From positions 44,144,001 through 44,208,000 of the forward strand of contig OX597821.1 of the NCBI GenBank assembly GCA_951406725.2: a stretch of DNA of 64,000 bases, read 5' to 3'. This stretch comes from Octopus vulgaris (lineage: Eukaryota). Made by a program: the position numbers and the translations under genes. Shown piece after piece: positions 1 to 12,869 of this stretch; positions within the stretch are counted from its first letter, which is position 1, and the number at the start of each line of letters is the position of its first letter. The notes beneath the pieces were generated by a model. It saw only the letters and a list, made by a program, of their open reading frames with translations. It made no database searches and was not told where the DNA came from.

Positions 1-39
1 TTGATTGCCATAGAACAGTGATGGAGACTGGCTACATGA

Positions 40-390
40 TGGAGGTGAATACATTGTAGAATTGAGTATATTGTGAGTATGTTACGGAGTTGAGAACATT
101 GCAGAATATATTGTAGGGAGAGTACATTGTGAATAAAATGTAAACGGAGAGGACATTCATTGTAGAGGTATGTTGTAGGGTTGTATTATAGAGCTGAGTA
201 TATTGTGAGTACATTGCAGAGGTGCATAGTTCCTGAATGTACTTTAGAAGTGATTACATTGCAAGTACAATGTAAATAGAGACTATGTTGTAGAGGTATA
301 TGGTAGAGGTGTATTGTAGCTGTGAGAATATTGGAAGTATAAAGTTGTGAAATGATAGGAGTATATTGTGAGTATATTGTAGAGATGAGT
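40..390. repeat. degenerate minisatellite (GAGTA[C/T]ATTGT-type units)
   Basis: Recurrent gagtatattgtgagt / tacattgtagag motifs throughout. Confidence 0.6.
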
Positions 391-530
391 CCATTGTGTT
401 GTTGTTGTTGTTGTTGTTGTTTAGCCCTGGGTCAACTCTTTGATCATACACTGCCATATTGTTCTCTATGATGCTTTCTATATTAAATCTGTAAGTGCTT
501 TCTGTATTAAACCTCTAAGTGCTTTCTGTA

Positions 531-941
531 TCAACCCTTTTAGCATTCAGATTTTTCTATCAAATATTGTTGGCATCCTTTTTGTCTCGGGAGACGATGG
601 AGTTGCGCATAAAATAATCTAGTCCGGCTTTTACATTTCATGTCCTAATACATTTCCTGCTGTGGCTGTGTAGTCCTATCCTGGACAAACACTCCCTCTG
701 GAAGGTACCGCAAACGCCAAGAGCGTCGCCTAAATATCTATCAAATATAATACTTATTTATTCACTTTGTTTTGAATATATTAAACATTATCTTATAGCT
801 TTGAGATTTTGATGATGTGAACACTTATTCTTCAGATTGACATAGTAGAGTAGGTGTAAGTGGCCAGATCTGGTTAGTTTGAACATAAAACAAGTAGAAT
901 AGTTTGGCCGGATATGGCCAGTTTGAAAGCGAAAGGGTTGA
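531..941. mobile_element. piggyBac-like MITE interrupted by an RTE fragment
   Basis: Termini tcaacccttttagcattc ... tttgaaagcgaaagggttga resemble decayed TTAA|CCCTTT ends; related copy at about 9395-9615. Confidence 0.6.
568..736 (-). mobile_element. 5'-truncated RTE-clade LINE 3' end with 12-bp TSD
   Basis: Minus strand encodes CGTFQRECLSRIGLHSHSRKCIRT* (RTE C-terminal C2H2-like motif); tctatcaaatat repeated at 556-567 and 737-748. Confidence 0.8.
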
Positions 942-1069
942 ACCTGTAAAGAGTGATATGAAAGAGATTTGTCTGCTATTCTAGCATTCAAGACACCATA
1001 AAGAGGCTCCCTTATTGCTCCCCACCATCTGTAGAAGTGAAAGGTTCAAGAGGATCAAATATTTGACTT

Positions 1070-1216
1070 GTTTCATACAACACTTTCTATATACAACACT
1101 TCCTGTTATACTACACTTCCTGTTATACTACACTTCCTGTTATACTACACTTTTTGTATACAAAATTTCAATGAACACTTCCTATGTGCAACACTTCTGT
1201 ATACTACATGTCTCCT
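1070..1216. repeat. 17-bp tandem repeat (tatactacacttcctgt)
   Basis: Near-perfect units at about 1107-1157 plus degenerate flanking units. Confidence 0.8.
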
Positions 1217-1309
1217 GGAAGTTAAAGATATGTACATTGTAGTAGGTGATTGTCTACCTGTCATACATTGATATTTTATACAGAAGAATGATCTCCTACC
1301 ACCACTATT

Positions 1310-1341
<32 letters not shown>

Positions 1342-1495
1342 CAACAAAAACAACACTGCTGCTGCCACCACTACTTAATTCTAAATGGACTGAAGCAAAG
1401 AACCAGTTGTTTTTATGATTATGTATTATTCATGGAGCTGTTTATAATTTGTGTTACAATCCTGGCTCTACAGTTTGTGAAGATGGCTGATGGAA

Positions 1496-1735
1496 GAAAT
1501 GTATGGAAGCTCAATTGGGGATACAATTATGAGGGAATTTATCACTAATTGGAGGTCAGAGCTAATGTATATGAGGAATGTAAAGAAGTCTAGTTGTGCA
1601 TACAATTATGAGGTAATTTAAGACCGACTGGAGGTCAGATCATAAGTATATAAGAAACGCATGGAAGCCTGATTGGGGTACAATTATGAGGCAATTTTAC
1701 ACTAACTAGAGGTCAGATCCAAAGTTTGGGAGGAA
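1496..1735. repeat. about 80-bp tandem repeat, 3 copies
   Basis: tacaattatgagg...gaggtcaga recurs three times at about 80-bp spacing. Confidence 0.8.
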
Positions 1736-1973
1736 TGGGTGATTGATAGATAAAAGATAGGAATACATTCTCATATCTGCTACTGTATTAGTATTTTAAG
1801 GCTTGTCACAAAATACACATGGTTAGGTTGGAATGGTTGAATTTTTGCTTCTAAGTCAGATTCTAAGTCACAGGATGTCAACTGTAACAGTTGTAGAATT
1901 AATTTCTTGCTTTGGATTAGAAGAGAATTGCTTTGTTTTGGCTTTTTATCTTTGTTTTTAGAATCAATCTTAC

Positions 1974-2070
1974 CTAGAAAGATAACGTTTTGTTGCCAGA
2001 TTAGGTCAACAGAGTGCATTATATAAAGAACTTTGGCTAAGGTGGATTGGTTTGGTGCCAAGCTAGCCAT
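1974..2070 (-). CDS. candidate alternative first coding exon (MASLAPNQSTLAKVLYIMHSVDLIWQQNVIFL)
   Basis: ATG at 2070, 32 non-repetitive codons, then strong donor TAG|GTAAGA at 1974/1973 in phase 1. Confidence 0.3.
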
Positions 2071-2368
2071 GCAAGGGAGAAGAATTATTCCATGTATTTT
2101 TTGTTGTTTTGTTTTGTTTCAGTTTTTTTTTTTTTGTTTTAGATGAAAGGGGCATTAACAAAATAAGTTTGATTTATTGCCAAACTAACTATAGAATCAA
2201 GTGAAATGATTTTATTCTTCCTGAATGGCACAGGAATTATAGAGGTACTTTAAACACAGGTTCATTGCTTGCATTGAACAGCTGGTTGGTCAGATACAAA
2301 AGCAGTAGCAGCAGCAACAGGTAGGTGCATACATACATCTGCATTGACTGATGCATGCTGCTACTTAC

Positions 2369-2405
2369 ATTTTGATACGTGCATTGATCTATAATTTTCA
2401 GAATT
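2369..2405 (-). CDS. candidate 37-nt internal coding exon (NSENYRSMHVSK)
   Basis: Acceptor ttaatacattgcttcttgctgcag|, donor |GTAAGT, open in phase 0, unique non-repeat flanks rich in TGC/GCAT motifs. Confidence 0.5.
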
Positions 2406-2916
2406 CTGCAGCAAGAAGCAATGTATTAATCTTTGCATTTTATGGAACATCTTTTGACTTTAAGCAACAGAAGAAAAGAAAAAGGATTTTAATGGCGGCT
2501 TCCTACTATAACTCATTCTTCTGATTTGAGAATCATGTAATAAACTTATGACCTAATAAAATACAAATCTTGTATTGTCTTTATTTTTTTGTTCCTGATT
2601 GTCCAATTCTTTGCAGTAGTATATATATCCTTTGTGTATGAAAATCAGTAAATATGTTCTCCACTTGATGTTCAGAATGTTTTAATAGTTATTGATGCCA
2701 TGAAGAAAATGGAAAAAATGAAGCAATAAAAGCAGACTTTTCCTACAGAACAAACTATTTCTATTCTTTCTTCTGTGAAAATATTGACTTGAATGATATC
2801 TTCTTCGATATGTTTGACAAATCTGATGTATGCGTTGCATAATTTTAATGAGATTTAGTGTTCATTCTCAGCTGTACTATTTCTCCATCCTTTAGAATAT
2901 GCTGCTGGTGTTTCAT

Positions 2917-3175
2917 TTTATCACAGAATATTATAACAATATTATTCCAAGTTAATATATTGTGATATTTTATCACACACTATTATAACAATATCATACA
3001 ATGTTGATACACTGTGATATTTTGTCACATGATATCATAACAATAATTTACAATGTTAATAAGTTGTGATATCTTATTCTTTCACAGAATATAACAATAA
3101 CATACAAAGTTAATACATTGTGAGATATAATTTTATCACACAATATCAAAACAATAATATACAATGTTAGTGTAT
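2917..3175. repeat. about 52-bp tandem repeat, about 5 copies
   Basis: tatcac...ataacaata...gttaata...tgtgatattt recurs. Confidence 0.75.
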
Positions 3176-3339
3176 TCAAAATGTATGTCACCCACCAAAA
3201 CTAATGCCATGTGGGCAAAATTCTTAGGGTGAGATGTGACATCATCCTTCCTGCAACATGTCTAAAAATTTTCGTGGCAGTAGACTGTGTCAGTTTCTGG
3301 CCATTACACTTAGAGCACAGGCATGTGGCATGTGCTCAT

Positions 3340-3835
3340 TGGATTTTCATTTTCACGAAACACACCAAGCAGAGATATTGCATCAAATTTTGTCAAAAAC
3401 GTGATGATACTCAAGTTCGAACCATCCAGAAGATTCGTCGGGCCTTAGGCAATGATGCCATGGGCAAAACTCAGAACAAGGAGTTGTACAACTGCTTCAG
3501 TGGAGAGCAAAGCACGTTTAGGTAAGGTAAGCCATACACAATACGAAATGTGGAGTTGAATGAGAAGGTGCAGTGAGTAGTTATGGAAGACCATTGTGTA
3601 ACAATCCAAGAAATTGCTCACAAAGTGGGAATGAGCACAAGATCATTGTAGTCCATTTTAATGGAGGATTTGTATATTCAGAGAGTATTCGTGAAATTCC
3701 TCCCCAGGCTGCTGGTGGAGCAGCAGAAGCAAGTCTGCATGGAAATTGCTGAGGACATGCTGGACTATAGAAACCATGCCCCAGACTTCATGAAGACCAT
3801 TATCATTGGTGATGAGACATGGGTTTATGGTCTCT
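3340..3835 (+). pseudogene. mariner transposase fragment (N-terminal HTH to first catalytic D)
   Basis: QRYCIKFCQK, VKFLPRLL (WVPRLL-like) and IIIGDETWVYG motifs; stops and frameshifts. Confidence 0.85.
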
Positions 3836-4579
3836 GCTTGATGTGTCCTGGTAATGTTTGATCAGTGGTTAAGGATGGAGGAGAATTACTAAATAATCAT
3901 TCAATTGTTTCAGTTGAATCCCAACTGTTGGTCAGCTTGTCCCAAAGTTCTTATCTGAGAGTAAAATGAATGACGCAAATATTTATCTCCCCCATTAATC
4001 TCTGATGTCAGCTGACAAATGCCAACCAAGATGGCATGAATCAACCAAGCTTTAACTGCTAGAAATAGCAACCCAAATGCTTTTAAATCAGATGTTCAAG
4101 AACCAAATGAATGGCAGATTTTCAATCTCAGGATTATTCTGAATCCAAAAAGGTATAATATGTTGATGTTAAGCAACTGTAGACTGAGATTCAGGGGTCT
4201 CAGATGGAGAGAGAGAATTTTGCTTTTATTAATATAGATATACCTCAATTTGTAACCAACTCATGACAAGATGGAAAATGAACATTAAATGATGAGATGA
4301 TGGTGATGACAATGACAGAGATGATGATAATGACGATGATGACATAACTGAATTATACCATTATGCAACAATATTATCAATAGTATTAGATAATAATATT
4401 GTCATACCTATACTGTTATATTTTGTACTATTATCAATAGTTTGTATACTACAGTATTCATACAAAACTATCATACTACACTATTATTCCTGAAGTATTT
4501 CACCAAAAAGATTTTGCCTATTATATATCTTACAGGAATAAAATATACTTACAATGGAGAGATGTGTATTTAAAACCAA

Positions 4580-4809
4580 ATATATGTGTGTGTGCATGTG
4601 TGTGTGTGTGAGTGCACGCACATGTGTGCATATGTGTGTATATATATATGTATGTGTATATATATATATATAATACATATATACACACATATTTATGTAT
4701 ATATATGTATATATATGTATATATGTATGTATATATATTTGTGTACACATGTATATATGTATGTGTATATATGCACATATGTATGTGTATATATGCACAT
4801 ATGTATGTG

Positions 4810-4868
<59 letters not shown>

Positions 4869-4872
4869 GTAC
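4580..4872. repeat. compound (TA)n/(TG)n/(TATG)n microsatellite
   Basis: Direct reading. Confidence 0.95.
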
Positions 4873-4875
4873 ATA

Positions 4876-5720
4876 CAGGGTGCAATGGGTAAATTGCCAC
4901 CATTTTATATTTTTAATTTCGTGTATGTGCATTGTTCATTTTTGATTTTGTCAACTACACAGTATAGTAGGGGCAGAGTCTGAGAGAAAAACAGCACCAT
5001 GATGCAATTCACACTACCAGAAACGGCATGCTGTACTGCTTGGCATTCATACTGGAAGCTCCAATACAAACATTTCAGAGTGTTTGGGTGTCAATCTGAG
5101 GACAGTGCAATCTGAGGAGATGTACCAAAAATGATAAAAATCAAACATCCAGTCAACATCACGATGTCTGGTATGATCACTAGTGATGGTGACATTATGC
5201 CTCCATTCTCCCCAAATGGTCTCACACTCAACATGGAGGCCTGCATCAAATGCCTGGAGGAGATAGAGCTGCCCTGGGTCAAGAGGGTGTCTGTTGGAAG
5301 ACCCTATGTCTGGCAAGAGGACTCTGCACCATGCTACACAAGCAAGAAAACCCAGTAATGGCTGTCAAACGATTCCTGCGACCACATCACCCCTAACATC
5401 TGGCCACCTATCTTCGCAAACTGCAACCCCCTTTAATTGATGTGTGTGGGGTGCAGTTGAGCAAGAGACCGACAAAATTCCTTGTAACACCAAAGATGAA
5501 CTGAAGGCAAGGATTATGGCAGCATTGACCAACTTAGACAAGGAGACCATCCAAAAACGTTGCAGTAGATCCTGAAGTCATCTGGTGATTTTATCAAATA
5601 AATTTTCTCTTTAGTATTTCAAGATATTTTTCTGTAATTTTGGTAAATATATCTGTTAAAATGAGATGTCAGTGTTATTTTCATTTTTGCATGATTTAGA
5701 TGACAGTTTATTCACCACGT
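4876..5720 (+). mobile_element. internally deleted DD37D (maT) Tc1/mariner element
   Basis: TA|cagggtgcaatgggtaaattg terminus and degenerate right TIR; YVWQEDSAP...IWPP...CNPL with 37 codons before the third-D position; second copy at 35631-36328. Confidence 0.85.
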
Positions 5721-5863
5721 TATATATGTATGTATGTATATTACATATATGTGTGTGTATTATATATATGTATGCATGTATATTATATATGTGTATATGT
5801 ATGTGTATTATATATATGTCTGTATGTGTATTTTATATATATAAATATATATATGTATGTATT

Positions 5864-5894
<31 letters not shown>

Positions 5895-6302
5895 TTCAGA
5901 CTGAAACCCAGTCTAAGATGTATATGTATAATGTTACTACCATGAAATTCCCTATCCCCATTTTGTAATCAGTGGAATGCCAGAATCACCATTAGCAATA
6001 CTATGGCAAGTGATACAGAATATATTGAATATGCTTCTAACTTATAAGATATTTCAAACATTTATTTTACTAAATTAAAACTGAATATTTGTATCAGCGT
6101 AATCAATATCTTAATTATGGTATATCTCATTTCATGTGGTGTCTCATTATAATGTACACAGTTTTAATCACACATCTCCATGGCATATCTCTTCATTCTA
6201 GCTATATATTTTCCTCTCTTATTTCGTTGGGAGACATATAATCAAAATAGGGCGACTAATATATACGTGGAAAGTAATGGGTGTGGATGTGCAGGTGTTA
6301 CT

Positions 6303-6310
6303 ACACACAC

Positions 6311-6342
<32 letters not shown>

Positions 6343-6477
6343 GCACACACACACACATATATACATACATATATATTTATATATATATACACACACACAT
6401 ACATATATATATATAGATACATGTGTATATATATATACATATACACACACACATATATATATACATACATACATATG

Positions 6478-6508
<31 letters not shown>

Positions 6509-6544
6509 AAACCTACATATATATATATACACACACATACATGC

Positions 6545-6629
<85 letters not shown>

Positions 6630-6645
6630 CATACATATATATGTA
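6303..6645. repeat. compound (TA)n/(CA)n microsatellite
   Basis: Direct reading. Confidence 0.95.
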
Positions 6646-7160
6646 TTCCTGTACATGTATATTTCTTTACACTCTACTTACTCTACCGGCAGTATAGAAT
6701 TATCTGATGCAAGTGGTGGGTTAATTATTATTCAAAGTGATATAAAACATTAGCAAGTTAATATGAAAGGTTTTGAGTACAGGTTTGAATCAGGAAGTAA
6801 TGCATAATAGGTTTTAAATTGACAACATTGATAAGAACAAGGTTTTACATACAGCCATGAATACGAGTTAATTTTGAATATCACATGGGGTTAGAGTAGG
6901 TATGGCTGTCTAAGAAATGCAAGCATGGCTGTATTTCAGAGCAGGTATGACTGTGTATAGGTGCAAGTATGGCTGTGTGATTAAGAAGATCACTTTAGAA
7001 CTACATGGTTAGGTTTTCAATCTCACCGTATGGACCAGTGCCAGTTCATGTATGATTTGATACCAATCTATACAAAAGGAATAGATTTTAAAATTTTATT
7101 TCTGTTTTATGGATTATTGCAGTCTGCAGCATGTTTTTGTATTATATATGTATTATAATG

Positions 7161-7198
<38 letters not shown>

Positions 7199-7326
7199 CA
7201 TTATTGAATTGATAAAAGGTGGGGGGGTTTCTAATTTATATATATATATATATTATATTTTGTGAAATTTAATTTAGTATTTCTAAATTGAATTTTTCCC
7301 TGTAAGTTTGGAATAATATTCTCTCA

Positions 7327-7365
<39 letters not shown>

Positions 7366-7367
7366 GC

Positions 7368-7530
7368 ATGTAGACATGGATGTGTGGCAATAAGTTAGCT
7401 TCCCAACCACATAATTCTAGGTTGAATCTCACTCCGTGGCATCTTGGGCAAATGCTTTCTACTATAGTGTCAGGCCGACCAAAGCCTTGTGAGTGGATTT
7501 GGTTGACAGAAACTGAAAGAACCCCATCGT
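7368..7530 (+). mobile_element. tRNA-derived CORE-type SINE, 5' half
   Basis: Matches the young copy at 16243-16671 (cttgggcaa, ccaaagccttgtgagtggatttgg). Confidence 0.85.
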
Positions 7531-8609
7531 ATATGTATATATATAAGGGAAAAAAACACAAACAAAAATCATCAAAACATAACAAACAGGAAAAGGATGC
7601 TAGCACAATGGCAAATAGGACAAAACAAGATACACACATTTATTCACAACCAACTGTTTCTTCAGTTGGAGTCTGGAATCTCCATGTAGTTCCGCCCAGT
7701 CCTTTCCGATACTACTGGAAACCAGTTGGGCCAAGGGCATAAGTGGAAGACATTAAACCCCTGAGCAAGGCAAACGAATGTACAAATACAAATACAAGGA
7801 AATAACAAACAGAATGGGTCTTTGGACTATTGGACAAATGTAACATAAGAAATAGAATTATACATATATATATACATATATATAGCTCATATATATAGCT
7901 CATATATATATATATATCAAGTGGACAAAAGCCTTTTGGCTATACAACTAAATTAAAACAGTCTTTCAACTATCAGACAGTGTAGTAAGCGAGTGCAAGG
8001 AAAACGGAAATGGAAAAATCTAAACTGACTGGGTGGCGAGACAGAACAGATGCGGCTGACCTCAAAGGCGGTCAGCCAAAAAAAGGATGACAATGCATAC
8101 ATCAGACAGGGATCACTTGGTAGGGGAAGAGAGGAGTTGAAGATGGCAGAGGGACTAAGGAATAGGAGAGAGTGGAAAGAAATCAGAGGGACCAAATAAT
8201 GAGAGGGATAGATCACAGAATGTGAGGAAAAGAGAGAGAGAGAAACACGGTACAAGGGAGGTGAGGAAGGAAAGCAAAAGAGATTGAGAGGTAAGAGGGA
8301 GGAGGAAAGGGATTAAGGAATATGAGAGAGGGAAAATGAAATCAGAGGGATAGAGGAACGATGGGGAGGGTGAGAGAGGGAGAGAAAAGAGAGATAGAGT
8401 AGGAAAGACTGAGGGAGAAAAGCGAGAATGAGAGGGTGAGAGAGGCAGAGAGGAAAAGGAGAAAAAGAGAGACAGAGAGGGACTATACTAAGTGCTTTAT
8501 TGATATCTGCCTGCATTTTTTAAATCCTACTTTTTCTTACATATATTTAAATATATTTATATTCTTGTATGCATGCATGTGTTTGTGTGTGTGTGTATGT
8601 GTATGTGTG

Positions 8610-8797
8610 TGTCTGTTTATCTTTGAGTTTATGGTTGCCCCCACCACCACTTGACAACTGGTGATGGTGTTTATGTCCCCCCCTAACTTAACAGTTCAGC
8701 AAGTCCCGTGGTTGATCTGTTCAACTAAAAATTATTTAAGGTGGTGCCACAGCATGACCACAGTCTAATGACTGAAACAAGTAAAACATAAAAGATG
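8610..8797 (+). mobile_element. CORE-type SINE, 3' half
   Basis: cttgacaactggtg...atgactgaaacaagtaaaa tail shared with other copies. Confidence 0.8.
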
Positions 8798-9109
8798 TAT
8801 TATATACGTAATAATTAAATTGCATATTATGTATTTTGTTGCATTTTTGTTATGCACGTGATCTCTCAATGTTTGGAAAAATTGTTTTGCATGAAACCTT
8901 TCCATGGTGCCAAAAAGAAAAAGGCTGGGAACCACTGTGGAACTATACCTATGAGTCTTCCAATACTGTGGAACTGTGGAACTATACCTATGAGTCTTCC
9001 AATACTGTGTGAGTAAGATTTGTCGAAGGAAACTGAAGAAGCCTTATTATATGTGTATTTTGCATGTGTGTGTGTGTGAATATGTAGTTGTGTGACTGAG
9101 TTTGTATTT

Positions 9110-9320
9110 CTCCTTGTCTTCACGTGTGATCTCTTGTTTCTTAACAAAAGCATCGCTCTTCCTATGGGCTGTGTTCTTTGTTTGCAGTTCACTGGTCTGT
9201 TTGTTGTTCAGTAGATTGGAGGGAAATATAACCCTGCTTAGAAACAAGTGAGAATTGGTGTCAGGAAAGGCATCCAGCTCTACCCCCAACATTCTCACTT
9301 GACCATGAAGGTGTGGAAGA
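9110..9320 (+). mobile_element. SINE-like element with RTE-type tail, decayed
   Basis: aggaaaggcatccagc motif; relatives at 13590-13785, 39660-39890 and 48590-48830. Confidence 0.6.
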
Positions 9321-9394
9321 TGCTGCTGCTGCTAATGGTCATGATGTTTCAGCAGATAATTTTAGCTATGGTAAAAATGAGAAAAACTAACAGA

Positions 9395-9615
9395 TTAGCA
9401 TTTAGCTCTCTCTCTTAAATGTAATGCTTATATATTCACATTGTTTTAAATTAGTCATGCATTATCTCACAGCTTTGTGATTTCAATGACATGATTCTTT
9501 ACTTTTTAGAACAATGTTGTAGGGCAGGTATGAGAAATCAAACCTGGCCAGGTTGAACATGGAACAGATAGAATATTTGGGCTTGATATGGCTGAATTAA
9601 ATGAGAAAGATTAAA
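9395..9615. mobile_element. second copy of the piggyBac-like MITE
   Basis: Collinear similarity to 750-940 (attatct..agctttg.gattt, gaacat..aaca..tagaata.ttgg.c..gatatggc). Confidence 0.65.
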
Positions 9616-10044
9616 TCTCCTTTTTTATAGGAACAGGCAAAATTGAGTTGCCGGTATGGACAATTCCATATATGTTCTCCCATATAAACCTTGATGAATG
9701 AAGAATTTTTATTCTAAATTAGTTTTGTCTGACTGGCATCCGTGCTAGTGGAGCGCCAAGAGCACCATCCAAGCATGATTATTGCCAAAGCGGCTAACTG
9801 ACTTCCATGCCGGTGGCACATGATTCCTTTGATTCCTCTTTTACTTTACTGAACCTCCATAACCATTTGATGTATATAAGACAAAAATTTCTATTTTATT
9901 TTTATAATTAAATATTATTAGGAATTGTATAAAAGAAAATTAAAACATGTTGTGTATCGTGGAAGTATAAGCAATTCATTGCACATAAATTTTTATAAGA
10001 TCTTATATAGATCCTGGTTGAGAACCATTGATCTACATTGTCAA

Positions 10045-10440
10045 TCATCTGCTAGAAATAGCTGTCAAATACTTACTTAAATAATCTGATGTCTAAAAAA
10101 GGGGAGGAATACATATGTTGTTTGAAAAATAATGAAATGGCCATGGTTAGAATGTCTTTGATCAGAGTTTTACTTGATCAATTCAGACATCTACATTTTT
10201 TAGCAGTTTAATTCACTAACCAAAACAGTATGCAGACATTTCTTCTTCTAGAAATAGCAGCCAAATTTCCTTCAAGTGACACCCTACAATTTTGAAAAGT
10301 GGACACATCAAACATGACAGTCCTAGCAAGATACACTGTGTCTGCAGAGGAAAAAGAAACTATTCAATCACACCTGCTGTGCCTTTGATCATAGGTCTGA
10401 TAGATTCAGACTGAGTTAGAGGTTAGGCTTAAATGACAAC
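10045..10440 (+). repeat. two tandem copies of an interspersed repeat (ctagaaatagcagccaaat family)
   Basis: Motif recurs at about 4057, 10050, 10248 and 52789. Confidence 0.55.
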
Positions 10441-10602
10441 AACATCACTACTAATTCTGTTTCTTCTCTGAGATCAGTGTAAAACAACAACACCAATTTC
10501 AATCTATTGATAAATAATTAATGAGGAGGAAACAAACGTTTTGCAGTTTCACTAATTTATGCAGTTTTCTGAATTTTTGCTTTTATATCATTGTTTAACA
10601 TT

Positions 10603-10958
<356 letters not shown>

Positions 10959-11041
10959 AGGAGACCAGAATAAAACTGGAGATTTGATTACAATTTTTGT
11001 TATTACAGTATCATAAATTCTTAAGACATGTTTTGTGCATG

Positions 11042-11074
<33 letters not shown>

Positions 11075-11263
11075 ACTTTTACATGAACCTGTACACAATG
11101 CTCATATACCAGGTGCTTCCAAAATAATGCTACATTTAAGCTATAATGGACTGCTGAATGGCTTCCATTGCACTCACAAGTATTATCAATATCACATTAT
11201 ATGAATTAGAAAATATTCACTCTCTCTTTCCTTTTCCTCTCCCTCTCTCTTGCTTTACACACA

Positions 11264-11322
<59 letters not shown>

Positions 11323-11481
11323 CCATATCTATCATCTCTCTCTCTGTACATGTATATATATATATATATAATCAATTGTGTTTCTTAATAAATAACAAAA
11401 AGCCATTCAGCTATGTGAAAACATGGAATATGTATGATATACTTTAAAGACTATCATACTAACATATATTATTATTATTAT

Positions 11482-12040
11482 TGAGTGAGAGTGCAGTGCT
11501 TGCCATCAAAGTGACACTGGGGTAAAATATATGAAGCCCAGTATACCCATCATGACTACCTGTCAGATAAGGGTACATCAGGCACATGCATCACAACCAT
11601 ATGTGCTCGACATGGTGATCTCATATCAAGATTAACAGCACATGACCTTGCAGGTGGGGCCCAGTTAGAATTTTCTTCTGGTCGAGTAACCCATCCTGCT
11701 CAAAAGGTCCCTGAATAAGGATTGTTTAACGATGTTGAACGAACCACCCATGTTTCCAAAGGTGAATTATCCAAACCTCTAAGACTTCCTTTCAGCACAC
11801 GGCTATGATGCTCCACCATTACTTCTGCTCATGATCAGAGATGCACATATCGTCAGCCACTAAAGGACATGCTTAACTGGTTATGGTCAAACAACTGACA
11901 AGCAAATCTGTGGTACTGAGCAGAATATTTGCTGTAGCCCATCTTTTATACCAAGACAAAACAATGTACATGATAACACTTCCAATCAGATAAGATCAGA
12001 AGCCATGAGAGCCACTGTCTGGTACTGCATCAGGGTATTT
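11482..12040. mobile_element. unclassified 560-bp element inserted in a trinucleotide tract
   Basis: Sharp, higher-GC non-coding block between (ATT)n and (ATC)n; single copy in this window. Confidence 0.4.
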
Positions 12041-12086
<46 letters not shown>

Positions 12087-12178
12087 CCACCACCACCACC
12101 ACCACCACCACCACCACCACCACCACCACCACCACCACCACCACCACCACCACCACCTCCACCCCCCCCCCCCACCAC

Positions 12179-12214
<36 letters not shown>

Positions 12215-12222
12215 TATCATTA
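12041..12222. repeat. (CAT)n(CAC)n(CAT)n microsatellite
   Basis: Direct reading. Confidence 0.95.
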
Positions 12223-12224
12223 TT

Positions 12225-12810
12225 TCCATTTCACTTCTCAGAGCTCTTGATTTCACATGGTTTGGCGGCTAATTCTATAAGAGCAGACAACCTGTTGTCA
12301 AGAGTCTCACAGGTACTCTTTCCACAATACTTATCAATCCAAGTACCAATCTCAAATCCCTGCAGTTTTCTGAGCATGTTCTACCCTCATGTCAATCCCA
12401 ATTTCTCCAACAAATTCCTCAAGTCTAATTGTTAACCACCACCACCACCACCTCCACCACCACCACTACCACGTATGTGTAATCTCATTTTTTAGCGGCT
12501 TCTACTTTTCAATCATTTGACAGTTATTTGTCATTCACTCATATATCCCCAGGTATGGCAATGACTATGATCTTAGTGTCCATCATTTCATCAACTCCAG
12601 CAATGTCTGGTCTCTGAGCATCAGTTACTGAATCACACTGTATTGTAAAATGCCACAAGATCTAATTCACATCAATCTTAGTGACACTGTCTAGTTTATG
12701 CTCATACCATTTCAATGTCCTCTTAAGACTGTACTTCTCACACAATCTCCAATGAACATACTTTGCCCTGTTATCATGTCTCTTTTGTATTCTGAACATA
12801 CTTAGCTACA
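12225..12810 (-). mobile_element. R4/Dong-clade LINE 3' fragment (restriction-like endonuclease)
   Basis: Minus strand KRHDNRAKYVHWRLCEKY and ILWHFTIQCD...RPDI...IAIPGD. Confidence 0.8.
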
Positions 12811-12869
12811 TTACCATACCACTTCCTTTTTATTATTGTTGTTGTTGTTGCTACTGCTGCTGCCTTACT

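Noticed and set aside
1974-2030. Resemblance of MHSVDLIWQQNVIFLG to the Nrf2/CNC DLG motif (MDLIDILWRQDIDLG)
   Set aside because: Spacing is off by one, the key Asp residues are absent and there is no ETGE-like continuation; too weak to name a gene
2143-2320. Plus-strand exon-like segment (ttttag|...CAG|GTAGGT)
   Set aside because: Stops in all three frames and no partner exons; only a non-coding antisense exon remains possible
4484-6753. Many overlapping Y/I/H/T/C/V-rich ORFs (also at 10.5, 27, 28.8, 47, 49.5 and 54 kb)
   Set aside because: Translations of (TA)n/(CA)n/(TATG)n microsatellites, open in several frames on both strands
7648-7672. ccaactgaagaaacagttgg on the minus strand as a hammerhead
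   Set aside because: Stem II is absent and the core halves overlap; at best a deleted relic
7930-8500. Purine-rich tracts (also 36700-37500 and 63300-63600) as coding or LTR sequence
   Set aside because: Low-complexity GA-rich sequence with no motifs or terminal repeats that I can recognise
12020-12040. CTGATG at the end of the 560-bp element as a hammerhead core
   Set aside because: Reads CTGATGC with no correctly placed GAAA or stems
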